From NCBI RefSeq assembly GCF_006345805.1, contig NC_043008.1, positions 59,768,001-59,832,000 on the forward strand: 64,000 nt of DNA, written 5' to 3'. The DNA comes from Octopus sinensis. Lineage: Eukaryota. Made by a program: the position numbers and the translations under genes. The notes under the pieces were generated by a model. It worked only from the letters and a program-made list of their open reading frames with translations, was not told the DNA's origin and searched no databases. Below, piece after piece: positions 23,460-35,680 of the stretch (the stretch's first letter is position 1; each line of letters opens with the position of its first letter).

Positions 23460-25069
23460 TCCACTCACTCCATCTTCTGCTGAGTAATCCCTTCTTTTCC
23501 ATTATCGAAGTAATGTATATAATTATTAGATTTTAACTCTACGTTTATTTGTAAGACTTTACTTAGCCAAAGAGATATATAGATCGTTAATAGTAATACG
23601 AGTTTTTTAAAGTTAGGTTTCATGTCTATACATTTATTGATAGCATAAATTTTAGTCTTTAATAACTATATTTGTTGATAGTTATTTAGTTATTATTTTA
23701 TAATTGTTAGATGTGTACTTAAATCTGATATATGAATAATGATTTTTTAGTTAATTATTTTGGTAATTAAACTTTTGGACTATAACTGAGTTAAGGATAT
23801 TTGTGAGTTTATGTTTTTTTAAGCTATTTTGTATATTCGTTAATATCTCTAATAATTGACTCCGTTCTATTATAACTTATATATTGCTATTTTCAATTGA
23901 TAATTTGTAGTAGTATTTTTCATTGATAAATATATTCGTAGTATTTATTGGATACTATATAACTACGGATTGATAATTTCATTGTATAAGTATTTAGTTG
24001 TTGAAGATATGTATTTCATTATTTCATTTTAGTTCTTAACTATACGGTTTTTGTAAGTTATTAATTAGGCAACGAGATATATGGATCGTTAATTAGTTAT
24101 AGCGTTCTTTTAAGATAGTTTATATGTTTGTTTACAATTTGCTTTTTCATCTTTAATCTTTTAATTTTTAATATATTTCATAAGTAATAATGAATAATTA
24201 ATTTATTAGGTTTTTATTATATGTGCATATATATTTATTGATAGAGATAATTTTAGATCTTAATTCTTATATTTATATACATTTATATATATTCATTGAT
24301 AATTTAGTTATTATTTAAATGTTATATAATTATTTGATTTGAAATTAAATTCAATAATATGAATAGTGATTTTTTTTTGTTAAATATTTAGGTAATTAGA
24401 TATTGACTATAACTGAGATTAGATTATTTGTGAGTTTATTATGTTTTTTTAAAGCCATTTTATATCTGAATAGATAAATACATTTTCTATCTATTCTTAC
24501 CTTAAAAATTAATATTTAACATTATAATCGATTGTATGACATAATCATAATCGTTAAAGTTTCTAGTTTGATAATAGAGTTTTTTATAAGAAAATTATTA
24601 TTTTATTTTTTTCTTAAAAAAATATTGTTTAAATATATTTGATTATTTATTTAACTATTATCATTAACCTGAAGATTGACTATAATCATATTTCGAATTA
24701 TTAATTGAATTTAAATTTTTGCTATTCGAATTAGGTTATGGGCATGAAACGATCGTAGTGGTTTTACTTTTTATCTTTTATTAAACTTTTTGATACTTTT
24801 TGATTGTTATATATATTTAATAATAAATAAATAAATAAATAAATAAATAAAAATAAAAATAAAATATATCTATATAAAAATTTATAATTATAAATTAATA
24901 ATTTTAAATTTTTAACTTTAAATTTAAATGATTTAAATTTTGAATTTTTTTATTTTATATATTTTGTTTATTATATTAATTAATTTTATTTCTGTTTTGG
25001 TTTATGCTTTTCATTGTTTGATTTGCCTAATAGTGGTTTTATCTCTAATTTAATTTATACGTATATATA

Positions 25070-25102
<33 letters not shown>

Positions 25103-25107
<5 letters not shown>

Positions 25108-25322
25108 TTGGTCAAAAGTCATTCGACAGTAAATAAAAATTCCATAAATACTTAATATTCAACTTTATATATTCATTCCAATTATGAATGTTTAATAATT
25201 GAATGATGTGAGTGAAAACCACCGTTGTTTTTCAACATTCGTCTATTTATTAGCGAAGTCTTATATAAAATAATGTTTGGGTTTTAATCATGGAGTTAAA
25301 TGGTGACTTTTAGCCAACCCTG
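25103..25322. mobile_element. Tc1/mariner-type MITE
   Basis: GGTTGGTCAAAAGTCA and TGACTTTTAGCCAACCCTG|TA inverted termini. Confidence 0.65.
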
Positions 25323-25723
25323 TATATAAGTGTGTGTGTGTGCCTTTGTGAGTATGTGTGTATTGTTTGCGAAAAGTTCATAAGTCAGAAACAGAGCGCA
25401 TACGGCATAAAGTAAGAGAGACGATATAAAAAAATGTGCTATACACATCCGGTCAACCAAGTATTTAATTATTCTATCCGTTTAGGAAACGAAATTTCAT
25501 ATGAAACCGTCCGTTAACATTTTGGCCGTAATAATATATAAAATAAACTAATACATAATATATATATATATAAAGACACACACTAATATAAGCAAATACA
25601 CTAATACACACATAAATACAAAGTTAGGAGCGTGGAACACAACAAACGTACATTCAGATAGAAGCATATAAAAACTCGGTCAGCTGCAGATCTTTTCACA
25701 TGGTTTCTGAAATTGGCAGACGA

Positions 25724-26023
25724 CTACACGTTTTTTGAAGGATGACTCGTTATGGGGATGTCTTCGTGTTTGGTTGACAAACTAGAGATAACTGCTCGAT
25801 CATCCTCAAATATCACTAAATTGTACCGTCTAGAAAAAAAGCGTATAGAATAATTTTTTTCCTTGATGTCTTTGGAATGGTTCTGACTAGAATGAGGCAA
25901 GACAGAAAGATTCCAATTGGAAGGACATTGATAAAAGATCTGCTCAATCAGAACCGACCTGGATCCAAACAACAACAACAACAACAACAGCGAAAACTTT
26001 GGAAGTAAATGTGGTTGATCCAT
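25724..26023 (-). CDS. Candidate secreted-protein ORF (99 aa, signal-peptide-like N-terminus)
   Basis: MDQPHLLPKFSLLLLLLLFGSRS...; strong upstream acceptor (TTTTTTTTCAG near 26138). The frame stays open for 24 codons after the TAG, up to a GTACGT donor-like site at 25651-25646. The poly-Leu comes from a short (TTG)n. Confidence 0.3.
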   Translation of the reverse strand: MDQPHLLPKFSLLLLLLLFGSRSVLIEQIFYQCPSNWNLSVLPHSSQNHSKDIKEKNYSIRFFSRRYNLVIFEDDRAVISSLSTKHEDIPITSHPSKNV

Positions 26024-26919
26024 GAAAAGACAACTATCTTGTTTTGCTTTTATTTTTCGGAACTGGAATAAATCTTAATCTATAAGCTACTTAATTGGAT
26101 TTCAAGGTCATTCACATAATGATGTTTATTAACCACTGAAAAAAAAATGAAAAAAGAAAAGAAAAAGAAATAGAATTAATATTTTCTATTTCTGCAATAC
26201 TTTAAAACTATCTTCTGTAGGTACGGATTTAAGATTCACCACTAAAAGTATTTGATTCTTACTCTGTAAAGATATTTGATGAAATATGTGAAAAAAATTT
26301 TTAAAATCCCCAAATTGTCTTCTGTAAAAATGTGTCACTGGAGTGGAGTCTCTACTTTTTGCAACGTAAGGAGAGATTTTTTTTCAAAGTTGTGCGTTAA
26401 AAACGCTTTCTGCAGTAAACAGTGATAAAATTTTAAGAGGATATATCCGCTTTCAAAGGGTTAAATAGAATAAAAATGAAGCGGCATTATGTCTGGTTAC
26501 TATAAATTTTGTAATCTTGTAGCTGTTTTCAAAATAGCAATAACGAAATTTCTAACGAGGTGAATGGAACTAGTTTACCTCATTTTAGTGTGTAATTCCT
26601 TTATGTAAGGCATCAACATTAAGCTTTTCTGAAATCTATGACATTGTCTAGACAGGAAAGTAAAACATAAATTACATTAGTTCTATAAAGGAAAAAGACA
26701 ATCATTCTTCGCTGTCTTAATAAATAAGTAAATAAATAAGTAAAAAAAAAACTGACATTAGCTAATGAAGTTTTAGAACTCTCTCCAAAATAACGGGATG
26801 GTCACGTCTGGAATGAATGCTTTTGGTTATTGAGTTTCCCGAATGGGCGTGACCTGGAACTAAATAATAACAGCAACAAAAACAATAGGAACAGAAACTA
26901 AAAGCTATAATATTTATTT

Positions 26920-27372
26920 CTTATTTCTTTATTGCCCACAAGGGGTTAAACAGAGGGGACAAACAAGGACAAACAAAGGGATTAAGTCGATTACATCGAC
27001 CCCAGTGCGTAACTGGTACTTAATTTATCGATCCCGAAAGGATGAAAGGCAAAGTCGACTTCGGCGGAATTTGAACTCAGAACGTAAAGACAGACGAAAT
27101 ACATATTTCTTTACTACTCACAAGGGGTTAAACATAGAGGGGACAAACAAGGACAAACAAAGGGATTAAGTCGATTACATCGAACTTCAGTGCGTAACTG
27201 GTACTTAATTTCTCGACCCCGAAAGGATGAAAGGCAAAGTCGACCTCGGCGGAATTTGAACTCAAAACGGCAGACGAAATACCGCTAAGCATTCCGAAAG
27301 GATGGAACGCAAAGTCAACTTCGGTGGAACTTGAACTCAGAACGAAAAGACGGATAAAATACCGCCAAGATT
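26920..27372 (-). mobile_element. Tandem SINE family B units (about 2.5 copies)
   Basis: Unit of about 180 bp restarts at about 26920 and 27105. Confidence 0.85.
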
Positions 27373-27395
27373 TGATAATAATAATAATAATAATA

Positions 27396-27436
<41 letters not shown>

Positions 27437-28259
27437 GAGAAAGCTACGTACTAGATAGGTGGAATTATGTAACGTTTACTAAAAGAGAACAATTATTAAA
27501 ATTTAGAAAATACTTAACATCTCCAGTTTTAATATATTTGTATCACGATGTGGTTTTTGAATTTCCCAACTACACAATTATAATTCACCGCGAATCTTAC
27601 ACTGCGAGACAGTCTTTTTAGCGTCTTACTGACTCGTCTCTCTTTCAATTTTTATTCTATTTATATATTTCCGACTTCTAATTCCTTTGCTGATGCTATT
27701 ACCATCCGTCTTATTGTAGTTTATATGATGAACAGGAATAAAAGAAAATATAATTAGCAATTTCTGTATATCTGTAGTCGTGTGTTTATATAGGTTACCA
27801 ATAATTAAATGTACAAATATGACGACGGAAAAGACATAAATTAGATAATCACATACGTTAGAAGCAACAGTAAGTTTTTCACTATAATTGTTTTTTCTTG
27901 TTCGTCCTCAAACATTTTTATGATACCTTAAAGAAACACTTAGAACATCAAAGAGTCTGAGACTGCAATTGTTTTTACATAAAAGTATCTTTCTTAAATA
28001 ACAAACCGATTTGGATCATATTTGCAGTCGCAGTAGTTTTGTTTTTCCAAGCGATGGAAATATATATCATACAAAAAAAAATATATACCAATCCATTTTA
28101 AATGCAAACGAAATATTTTTTATGTACAAAACCGAAAATATTCATACATAATTAATAGAAAACAAGAGAATTGCAGCAAAGCTGTGTGATAGTAGTGTCT
28201 TACGTGGCATGCAGGCTATCATATAACCTGTTTATTAGTTATATATTAAGAGATGAGGA

Positions 28260-28403
28260 ATTATTTACATTATTTACATTTGACGGCTATTTGTCTTCTT
28301 GTTTGTTGTTAACAAAACGTTTCGGCTGATATACCCTCCAGCCTTCAACAGGTGTCTTGGGGAAAATTTCGAACTGGGTTCTCATTCCTAAGGTATTTTT
28401 CGA

Positions 28404-28473
<70 letters not shown>

Positions 28474-28539
28474 ATTCAGGTCACTACCTGGAGTCGAACT
28501 CGGAATCTTGGGGTTTGTAGCCCGCGTTCTTAACCACTA
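28260..28539 (-). mobile_element. tRNA-head/(AAT)n/HHR-tail element H1 (minus arm, copy 1)
   Basis: Reverse complement reads tRNA-like head, (AAT)n, then a tail with GACAC-CUGUUGA-A-GGCUG...CAGCC-GAAACGUU (28311-28356). Confidence 0.75.
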
Positions 28540-28555
28540 AAAAAAAAAATCCCAC

Positions 28556-28630
28556 GGGCATATGGCGTAGTGGTTAAGAGCGCAGGCTACTAACCTCAAG
28601 ATTCCGAGTTCGATTCCACGCAATGACCTG
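28556..28630 (+). mobile_element. tRNA-like head of H1 (tail lost at the duplication junction)
   Basis: A box TGGCGTAGTGG and B box GAGTTCGATTCC. Confidence 0.75.
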
Positions 28631-28678
28631 AATAATAATAATAATAATGATAATAATAACAATAATAATAATAATAAC

Positions 28679-28754
<76 letters not shown>

Positions 28755-29578
28755 GAGAAAGCTACGTACTAGATAGGTGGAATTATGTAACGTTTACTAA
28801 AAGAAAACAATTATTAAAATTTAGAAAATACTTAACATCTCCAGTTTTAATATATTTGTATCACGATGTGGTTTTTGAATTTCCCAACTACACAATTATA
28901 ATTCACCGCGAATCTTACACTGCGAGACAGTCTTTTTAGCGTCTTACTGACTCGTCTCTCTTTCAATTTTTATTCTATTTATATATTTCCGACTTCTAAT
29001 TCCTTTGCTGATTCTATTACCATCCGTCTTATTGTAGTTTATATGATGAACAGGAATAAAAGAAAATATAATTAGCAATTTCTGTATATCTGTAGTCGTG
29101 TGTTTATATAGGTTACCAATAATTAAATGTACAAATATGACGACGGAAAAGACATAAATTAGATAATCACATACGTTAGAAGCAACAGTAAGTTTTTCAC
29201 TATAATTGTTTTTTCTTGTTCGTCCTCAAACATTTTTATGATACCTTAAAGAAACACTTAGAACATCAAAGAGTCTGAGACTGCAATTGTTTTTACATAA
29301 AAGTATCTTTCTTAAATAACAAACCGATTTGGATCATATTTGCAGTCGCAGTAGTTTTGTTTTTCCAAGCGATGGAAATATATATCATACAAAAAAAAAT
29401 ATATACCAATCCATTTTAAATGCAAACGAAATATTTTTTATGTACAAAACCGAAAATATTCATACATAATTAATAGAAAACAAGAGAATTGCAGCAAAGC
29501 TGTGTGATAGTAGTGTCTTACGTGGCATGCAGGCTATCATATAACCTGTTTATTAGTTATATATTTAAGAGATGAGGA

Positions 29579-29723
29579 ATTATTTACATTATTTACATTT
29601 GACGGCTATTTGTCTTCTTGTTTGTTGTTAACAAAACGTTTCGGCTGATATACCCTCCAGCCTTCAACAGGTGTCTTGGGGAAAATTTCGAACCTGGGTT
29701 CTCATTCCTAAGGTATTTTTCGA

Positions 29724-29784
<61 letters not shown>

Positions 29785-29802
29785 TTATTATTATTATTAT
29801 TA

Positions 29803-29837
<35 letters not shown>

Positions 29838-30035
29838 TCACTACCTGGAGTCGAACTCGGAATCTTGGGGTTTGTAGCCCGCGTTCTTAACCACTAAAAA
29901 AAAAAATCCCACGGGCATATGGCGTAGTGGTTAAGAGCGCAGGCTACTAACCTCAAGATTCCGAGTTCGATTCCACGCAATGACCTGAATAATAATAATA
30001 ATAATGATAATAATAACAATAATAATAATAATAAC

Positions 30036-30085
<50 letters not shown>

Positions 30086-30258
30086 CAACAACAACAACAA
30101 CAATAACAACATTGAAAAATACCTTAGGAATGAGAACCCAGGTTCAAAATTTTCCCAAGACACCTGATGAAGGCTGGAGGGTATATCAACCGAAACGTTG
30201 TGATAATAACAAACAAGATGAATGCAAATATCCGTCAAATGCAAATAATGTAAATAAT
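29579..30258. mobile_element. Complete H1 foldback: two arms head-to-head, each with an HHR motif
   Basis: Arms 29579-29896 and 29925-30258 with a 28-nt spacer; HHR motifs at 29630-29675 (minus) and 30159-30204 (plus). Confidence 0.8.
30159..30204 (+). ncRNA. Minimal HHR motif (H1), slightly degenerate
   Basis: GACAC-CUGAUGA-A-GGCUG...CAACC-GAA-ACGU-U-GUGAU; one mismatch each in helices I and II. Confidence 0.55.
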
Positions 30259-31584
30259 GAAGCTGTTTTATTCTCCGCTTCGGTCTTACTTTGACATGCG
30301 CATTGCATTTTTATTCTTCTCTTCTGTTTTATGAATTCAATATGCACATGTTCATACTTCTTTTTCCGGTTCCTATTAAAAATTATTTATATATCACAAC
30401 CGTCTCACGAACGTGCTTTGCGCTCCGATGGTTGTGAAAAAATAGAAAAAAGAATAAATACGTGAATAGTTGACTGGAGACTATTTCTGTTGCTGCTTGT
30501 AGTTACTTACGGAGTTAGAGAGGGTGGGAGAGAGATTACTGAGAGATAAGAGAGAGGGTTAATATTCTTCTTATGGAGAAAGAACCGCTGCGGCGTTTTT
30601 CAACTTTAACTAAGTCGACGCTCAAAACTCTCTATGATATACACACGTGTACCTAACGCATACATACAGAGAAAACACACTTTATTTGTCACCAATGCGA
30701 CGAATTTTTGGGGAAGGATTTCAAGAGGCAATCTAAAATCATAGGGTGTAGAATGAAATCGATCGTAAATTACTACTGGAGGTAGTTTGAAATCAATTTC
30801 ATCGTCTCCATCTTTGCATCTGAACACGATTTGAAGCTACCGGAAGTTCAGCTGAATGAGGGATGGCGTAAGCTGAAATTGCTACACTGATATAAGGTGA
30901 AAAAAAAGATAAGAAAGAAAGAAGTTTGTTAAAAAAAAAAGAGATTAAGACTGCGATAAAATGATGAGCGAAATATTTCCTGAGCGAATGACCACCATTA
31001 GACAAATGAAGTATGCAAAGGAAAAATTGCTCAAGCTGATAATCAAATGTGTAAATAACAATTAACAGCTTTCAGAAAATCGCCCCAGAGAATGGTCTAT
31101 CTGCTAGTAGTAGTAGTAGTAGTAGCAGCAGTAGTTGTAGTAATAGGTATTGTCAAAAAAGATTAAATGTCTATATTAACTTCCTCCTAGAATTTTCCCA
31201 ACTTAATGATGTCAAATTAAGTCCTCCTGTCCGTTTCAAGTGATAAATTATGAAGTACAATTATGAAATTTGATACGTAATGTGTGATATACGAAACCCC
31301 ACCATAAACTATTACAGCACACCATACAGACACACACGTACTCACACACATTATTACTTCTATCCAAACACCCCTCGTCCTTTATATTTTATCCAATTTG
31401 TGGTGGATTTGGTTTCTGGTTTTATTTTCTTATTTATCTAAGTTGTTTAATGCTCTACGCGTTGATGTTTCCTTAAATATCATAAGGGAGATGATTATCT
31501 AGGAAAGGAACGTATCATAATAAAAATAATAATAATGATGATGATGATGATGATGATGATGACAACAACAGCAACAACAACAAC

Positions 31585-31616
<32 letters not shown>

Positions 31617-31635
31617 AATAATAATAATAATAATA

Positions 31636-32187
31636 GTAAATGCCCTGATGCAGTACCAGACAGTGGCTCACATTGCTCCTGATCTGAACTGATTGGAAGT
31701 GTTACCATGTACATTGTTTTCCCTCAATATAAAAGACGGGCTACAGCAAATATTCTGCTCAATACCACAGATTTGCTTGTCAGTTGTTTGGCCTTAACCA
31801 GTTGAGCATGTCCCTTTGTGGCTGACGAAATGTGCATCTCTGATCACGAGCAGAAGTAGTGGAGGAGCATCATAGCTGTGTGTTGAAAGGAATTCATGGA
31901 GGTTTGGATAATTCACCTTTGGAAACATGGGTGGTTTGTTCAACATCCTTAAACAATCCTTATTCAGGGACCTTTTGAGCGGGATGGCCTACTCGACCAG
32001 AAGAAAATTCTAACTGGGCCCCACCTGCAAGGTCATGCGCTGATATGAGATCACCATGTCGCGCACATATGGTTGTGGTGCATGTGCCTGGTGTACCCCT
32101 TATCAGACGGGTAGTCATGATGGGTATACTGGGCTCCATATATTTTAGCCCAGTGTCACTTTGATGGCATGCACTGCCCTCTCACTC
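31636..32187. mobile_element. AAT-flanked element, copy 2 (about 550 bp)
   Basis: Colinear with 3467-3996; flanked by (AAT)n and (ACT)n/(AAT)n. Confidence 0.75.
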
Positions 32188-32233
32188 AATACTACTACTA
32201 CTACTATTACTACTACTACTACTAATGATAATG

Positions 32234-32278
<45 letters not shown>

Positions 32279-32599
32279 TCTACTAAAGGTAAAAAAGCCT
32301 AAAATTTTTGGGGAGGCGGCTACACGATTACATCGACCCAGTGCATAACAGATACTTATTTTATCGACCCCCGAAAGGATGAAAGGCAAAGTCGACTCAG
32401 CAGAAATTGAACTTACAGCGAAAAGAATAGGAATACTTCGAAGTATTTTGTCTGACGCTGTAACGAGTCTACTTGCTCGTAACGACGACGACAACGACTG
32501 CGACGATGATGACGCTTTAACCACAGCAACATAGCAACTGATGAACAAATGGAAGATAAGATAAGCGTATCTGATATAGACAAGACTTATCACTCAAAG

Positions 32600-32785
32600 A
32601 TTTATAGATTAGAAAACACTGAATGAAAAATACCAAAAACGGATTAGATATTTGGCTCTTTAGAGACAAGATATTTGGTTAATGTAATAAGTTACTCAGA
32701 GTAGTTATTACTGTAGTGGGACAGGCCATAGGTATAAAGAAGAGACGAGATAAGGAGAAAAATGTGCCATGGTGGAAGAGAAAAA
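32600..32785 (+). pseudogene. R4/Dong-like LINE fragment
   Basis: VITVVGQAIGIKKRRDKEKNVPWWKRK resembles the PWWKRR motif as I recall it from the N-terminal region of R4/Dong-type ORFs. Confidence 0.3.
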
Positions 32786-32911
32786 CACTTCACAGCGAAA
32801 CCAAGTGACTCTCAAAAAATTTTACAGTAAAATCAACTGGTTCTGAAAAATCTTCACCAAGAAAACACTTCACAGTGTAATCCATTGTCAAACTTGAATC
32901 GATATAAAATA

Positions 32912-33712
32912 CAGGATGTCCAAGAATTTTTAAAAAAACTTACTTTTATTTATGTTTATAATGTTTAGTGTGGAGGCGCAATGGCCCAGTGGTTAGGGTA
33001 GCGGACTCGCAGTCGTAGGATCGCGGTTTCGATTCCTAGTGTGAGTGTTTATTGAGCAAAAACACCTAAAGCTCCACGAAGCTCCGGCAGGAGGCGGTGG
33101 CGATCCCCACTTTACTCTTTCGCCACAACTTTCTCTCACTCTTTCTTCTGTTGGCCTGCTCGTTTAGCCAGCGGGGTGGCGTAAGTTGAAGGCTAAAACA
33201 ATGCGAAGCGCATTGTGACCAGCGATGTGTAGCAACATCCGATAGCCTGGTCGGTTACAGGGATAATGTATAGTATATTTTAAGTGTGTGTAAATTTTAC
33301 ATTTTGTTTATAATTTTTATAATATTTTTAAAGAATTTTATTTTCATTCTTGTTGGATCCCGCTTATCTGTCCACGACAGATTTTCTTTTTCTTTTTGGC
33401 AGCAATCATTTTCTCTACCTCCATCCCCAAGATGGGACAACTGTTTAGCTGAACTTAAAGAACGCATTCAATTAGCAGTGCACAAGATATCTCCTGAAAT
33501 GTTTCAAAATGTGCTTTCACGAATACTAAGGATAGATTTGAAATTTGCAGGGAAACAGACGGAGCACATGTTGAAATTTTTCAATAAAGTTTCAGCGTAA
33601 GATTTATAAATCTATTTGTTTTTGGTATCATAATTAAGTAATAAACATAAATTCTATCAGATTTTTAAAATTTGCCCGATTCCATTGAAATAGTTAATTC
33701 TGGGACACCTTG
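32912..33712 (+). mobile_element. Non-autonomous Tc1/mariner element with nested SINE
   Basis: TA|CAGGATGTCCAAGAATT ... AATTCTGGGACACCTTG|TA; residual transposase end ELKERIQLAVHKISPEMFQNV / DRFEICRETDGAHVEIF*. Confidence 0.7.
32971..33262 (+). mobile_element. SINE family D, tRNA(Arg)-like head
   Basis: GGAGGCGCAATGGCCCAGTGGTTAGG...GGACTCGCAGTC...GGTTTCGATTCC; relatives at 57245 and 59210. Confidence 0.8.
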
Positions 33713-33749
33713 TATGTCAACTCAAAGCAAGATTTACAAAAAAGACTAA

Positions 33750-34000
33750 TCTGTTATATAAAATCCGTTCTGTCTGTCTGTGTGTGTGTGTCTTCTAGGA
33801 TCTCGGGCATCCTCCATCCGATTGCGCTCAAATTTGATTTGGAGATACCGTCGGTATCAGGGCGTATATAAATCTTGAAAAAATTACAAAAATCGATTCC
33901 AGGTGAGAATGCGATCGATAAAGTGAATAAAATCGTTTTTCTTTGGAATAGAAAAAAAAGTCTATCTTTATTTCTTCTTTTGCTGGTGTCTCAAATTTAG
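33750..34000 (+). mobile_element. Helitron-like 5' end
   Basis: A|TCTGTTATATAAAATCCGTTCTGTCTG resembles 49318-49350; 3' end not identified. Confidence 0.3.
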
Positions 34001-35680
34001 GTTAAATCAGTGTTTCTCAAAGGGGAGGCCTATGGGACGGTCGGACAAGTTGTTTTGAGAAAATTTAGTTTAAATGTTTGACAACTCAGCACCATCCATT
34101 GGACGGGGGTCGTTTTGTTCGTGACTATATATAATTCAATCAATGAACAAGGTGTTAAGGTAGTAATAGTAGAAATGAAAGGAAGCGCAACTGAAAGAAA
34201 AAAAATGGTAGAATCTCAGACGGTACGAAAAGAGAACTGAACAGTTTCACAAGAAGAGTCTCTTTCAAAGCAATCAAATTCTTCTGAACTTTTTCGTACA
34301 ATGTCTATACGAGATGCTTTCTCGAGCCGAATGCCGCAGTTACGTGGCTTACTATAGTATATCCTCGTTGAGCAGAATATACATAATGCTAATTTGAAGC
34401 AGTACTGCTTACATCGCGAATAACATATTTACCAAGTCTGCCGGTTATTTGCGACATTGGTTATTTTTTTAGTCACTGTTTTTCTATATTAGTAGAAGTG
34501 AAATTTGTCTAGTGGATATTTGCTACTGATAACATGTAAATACACAGAATTCCAACGCTGTTGTTGGACGATTTTTGCCAGCTACTGGTATTCTTCTGTG
34601 CTTTTTAGCACTATACATCTATGTGAGATGATTTCTTGACATGAGACGAATACTACAGATGTAGACTTTCTACTGTATATTCATGTTAAGTAAAATTTAG
34701 AGAATGCCGTTTTGATATTATACTTACTTCTTCTTTCGCTAATAACTAGCCAAAAACTCTTATCTGAGAAATTGAAATGAATGAATACATCACGGAAACG
34801 AGGTTGGTTCAGATCTTAAAATTAAAGAGTTTTGGCAAGGCATATCAAAGAAAAGTGTTAAATATAATATATATGAGGACTGGATTCCGAAAGTAACAGA
34901 TTGGGAAATTGAGAAAGAAGTTAAGAAAAAGTTGATGAACAGAATAATCTAAACTTAATCTTCTATCAAATACTAGCAGGATCAGTGAATATTTCACGGA
35001 ATTAATAGTAAGTCTATTGGGTTATTTCTGAAACCTTTATCCAAAAAGCCTGAAAGAGTAACCCGTGTTGTGTTAGTATAGAAAGATAGTCACTCATCTG
35101 CTACTCATTGAAAAGTGAAAGAAATTGGAATACGACGATTACTTAATGCACTTTATATATACAATTTATATACTATATACTCAATTTTATAGATTTAATA
35201 CACAGCACTCATAAAATATTCATTCTTATTTTTCCCTTTCCCCATAAAAAAAATCCCGTGGTGCCCCAGCATGACCGCAACTTTGAAGCTGAGACAATTT
35301 AATGAGTTAAAGACTTTAAAGAGTACATATGATATAAGCTTTAGTTAAATTACATGTATCTGCTAAATAAGCGTGAATATTTCACGGAATTGCACTTATG
35401 TGCATGCGTTAAGTGATAGGTGGTATACAAAAACATAGTTCAATAAAAAAAATGCACTTTTCATTCTCCATTCTCCGTCTTTTTCTCTTTCTTTTTCTTT
35501 CTCCTTCTTTCAGTCTCACTTCGCCTTATCTTCTTTTACTCTTTCCTTTCTCTTTCTCCTCTTTTTCCTTCAAATAATCACGCGAAAGCGTTACAATTAC
35601 ATTCCCTCTACCTCACTTGATCGTAAGATTGTGGTTTCGATACCTGGACCGGGTGACGCGTTGTGTTGTTGGGCAAAGTA

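Larger units (their letters stand above)
27375..30003 (+). repeat. About 1.32-kb near-identical tandem duplication
   Basis: GGAGAAAGCTACG at 27436 and 28754 (period 1318); only a few substitutions or indels seen outside the (AAT)n tracts. Confidence 0.95.

Noticed and set aside
23510-25050. Mitochondrial insertion (numt)
   Set aside because: I found no conserved rRNA, tRNA or respiratory-gene motifs by eye; not formally excluded without BLAST.
27794-27869. AG...GTAAGT exon-like segment (duplicated at +1318)
   Set aside because: All three frames contain stops; it could only be non-coding, and nothing else supports it.
28556-28630. Possible genuine tRNA gene (also 29913, 32971, 57245, 17650)
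   Set aside because: Acceptor and anticodon stems pair poorly, there is no oligo-T terminator, and each continues into a repeat body; these are SINE heads.
30657-30710. RIHTEKTHFICHQCDEF, resembling a C2H2 zinc-finger linker
   Set aside because: A stop lies immediately upstream, there are no paired His residues downstream, and it overlaps CATA/CA low-complexity sequence.
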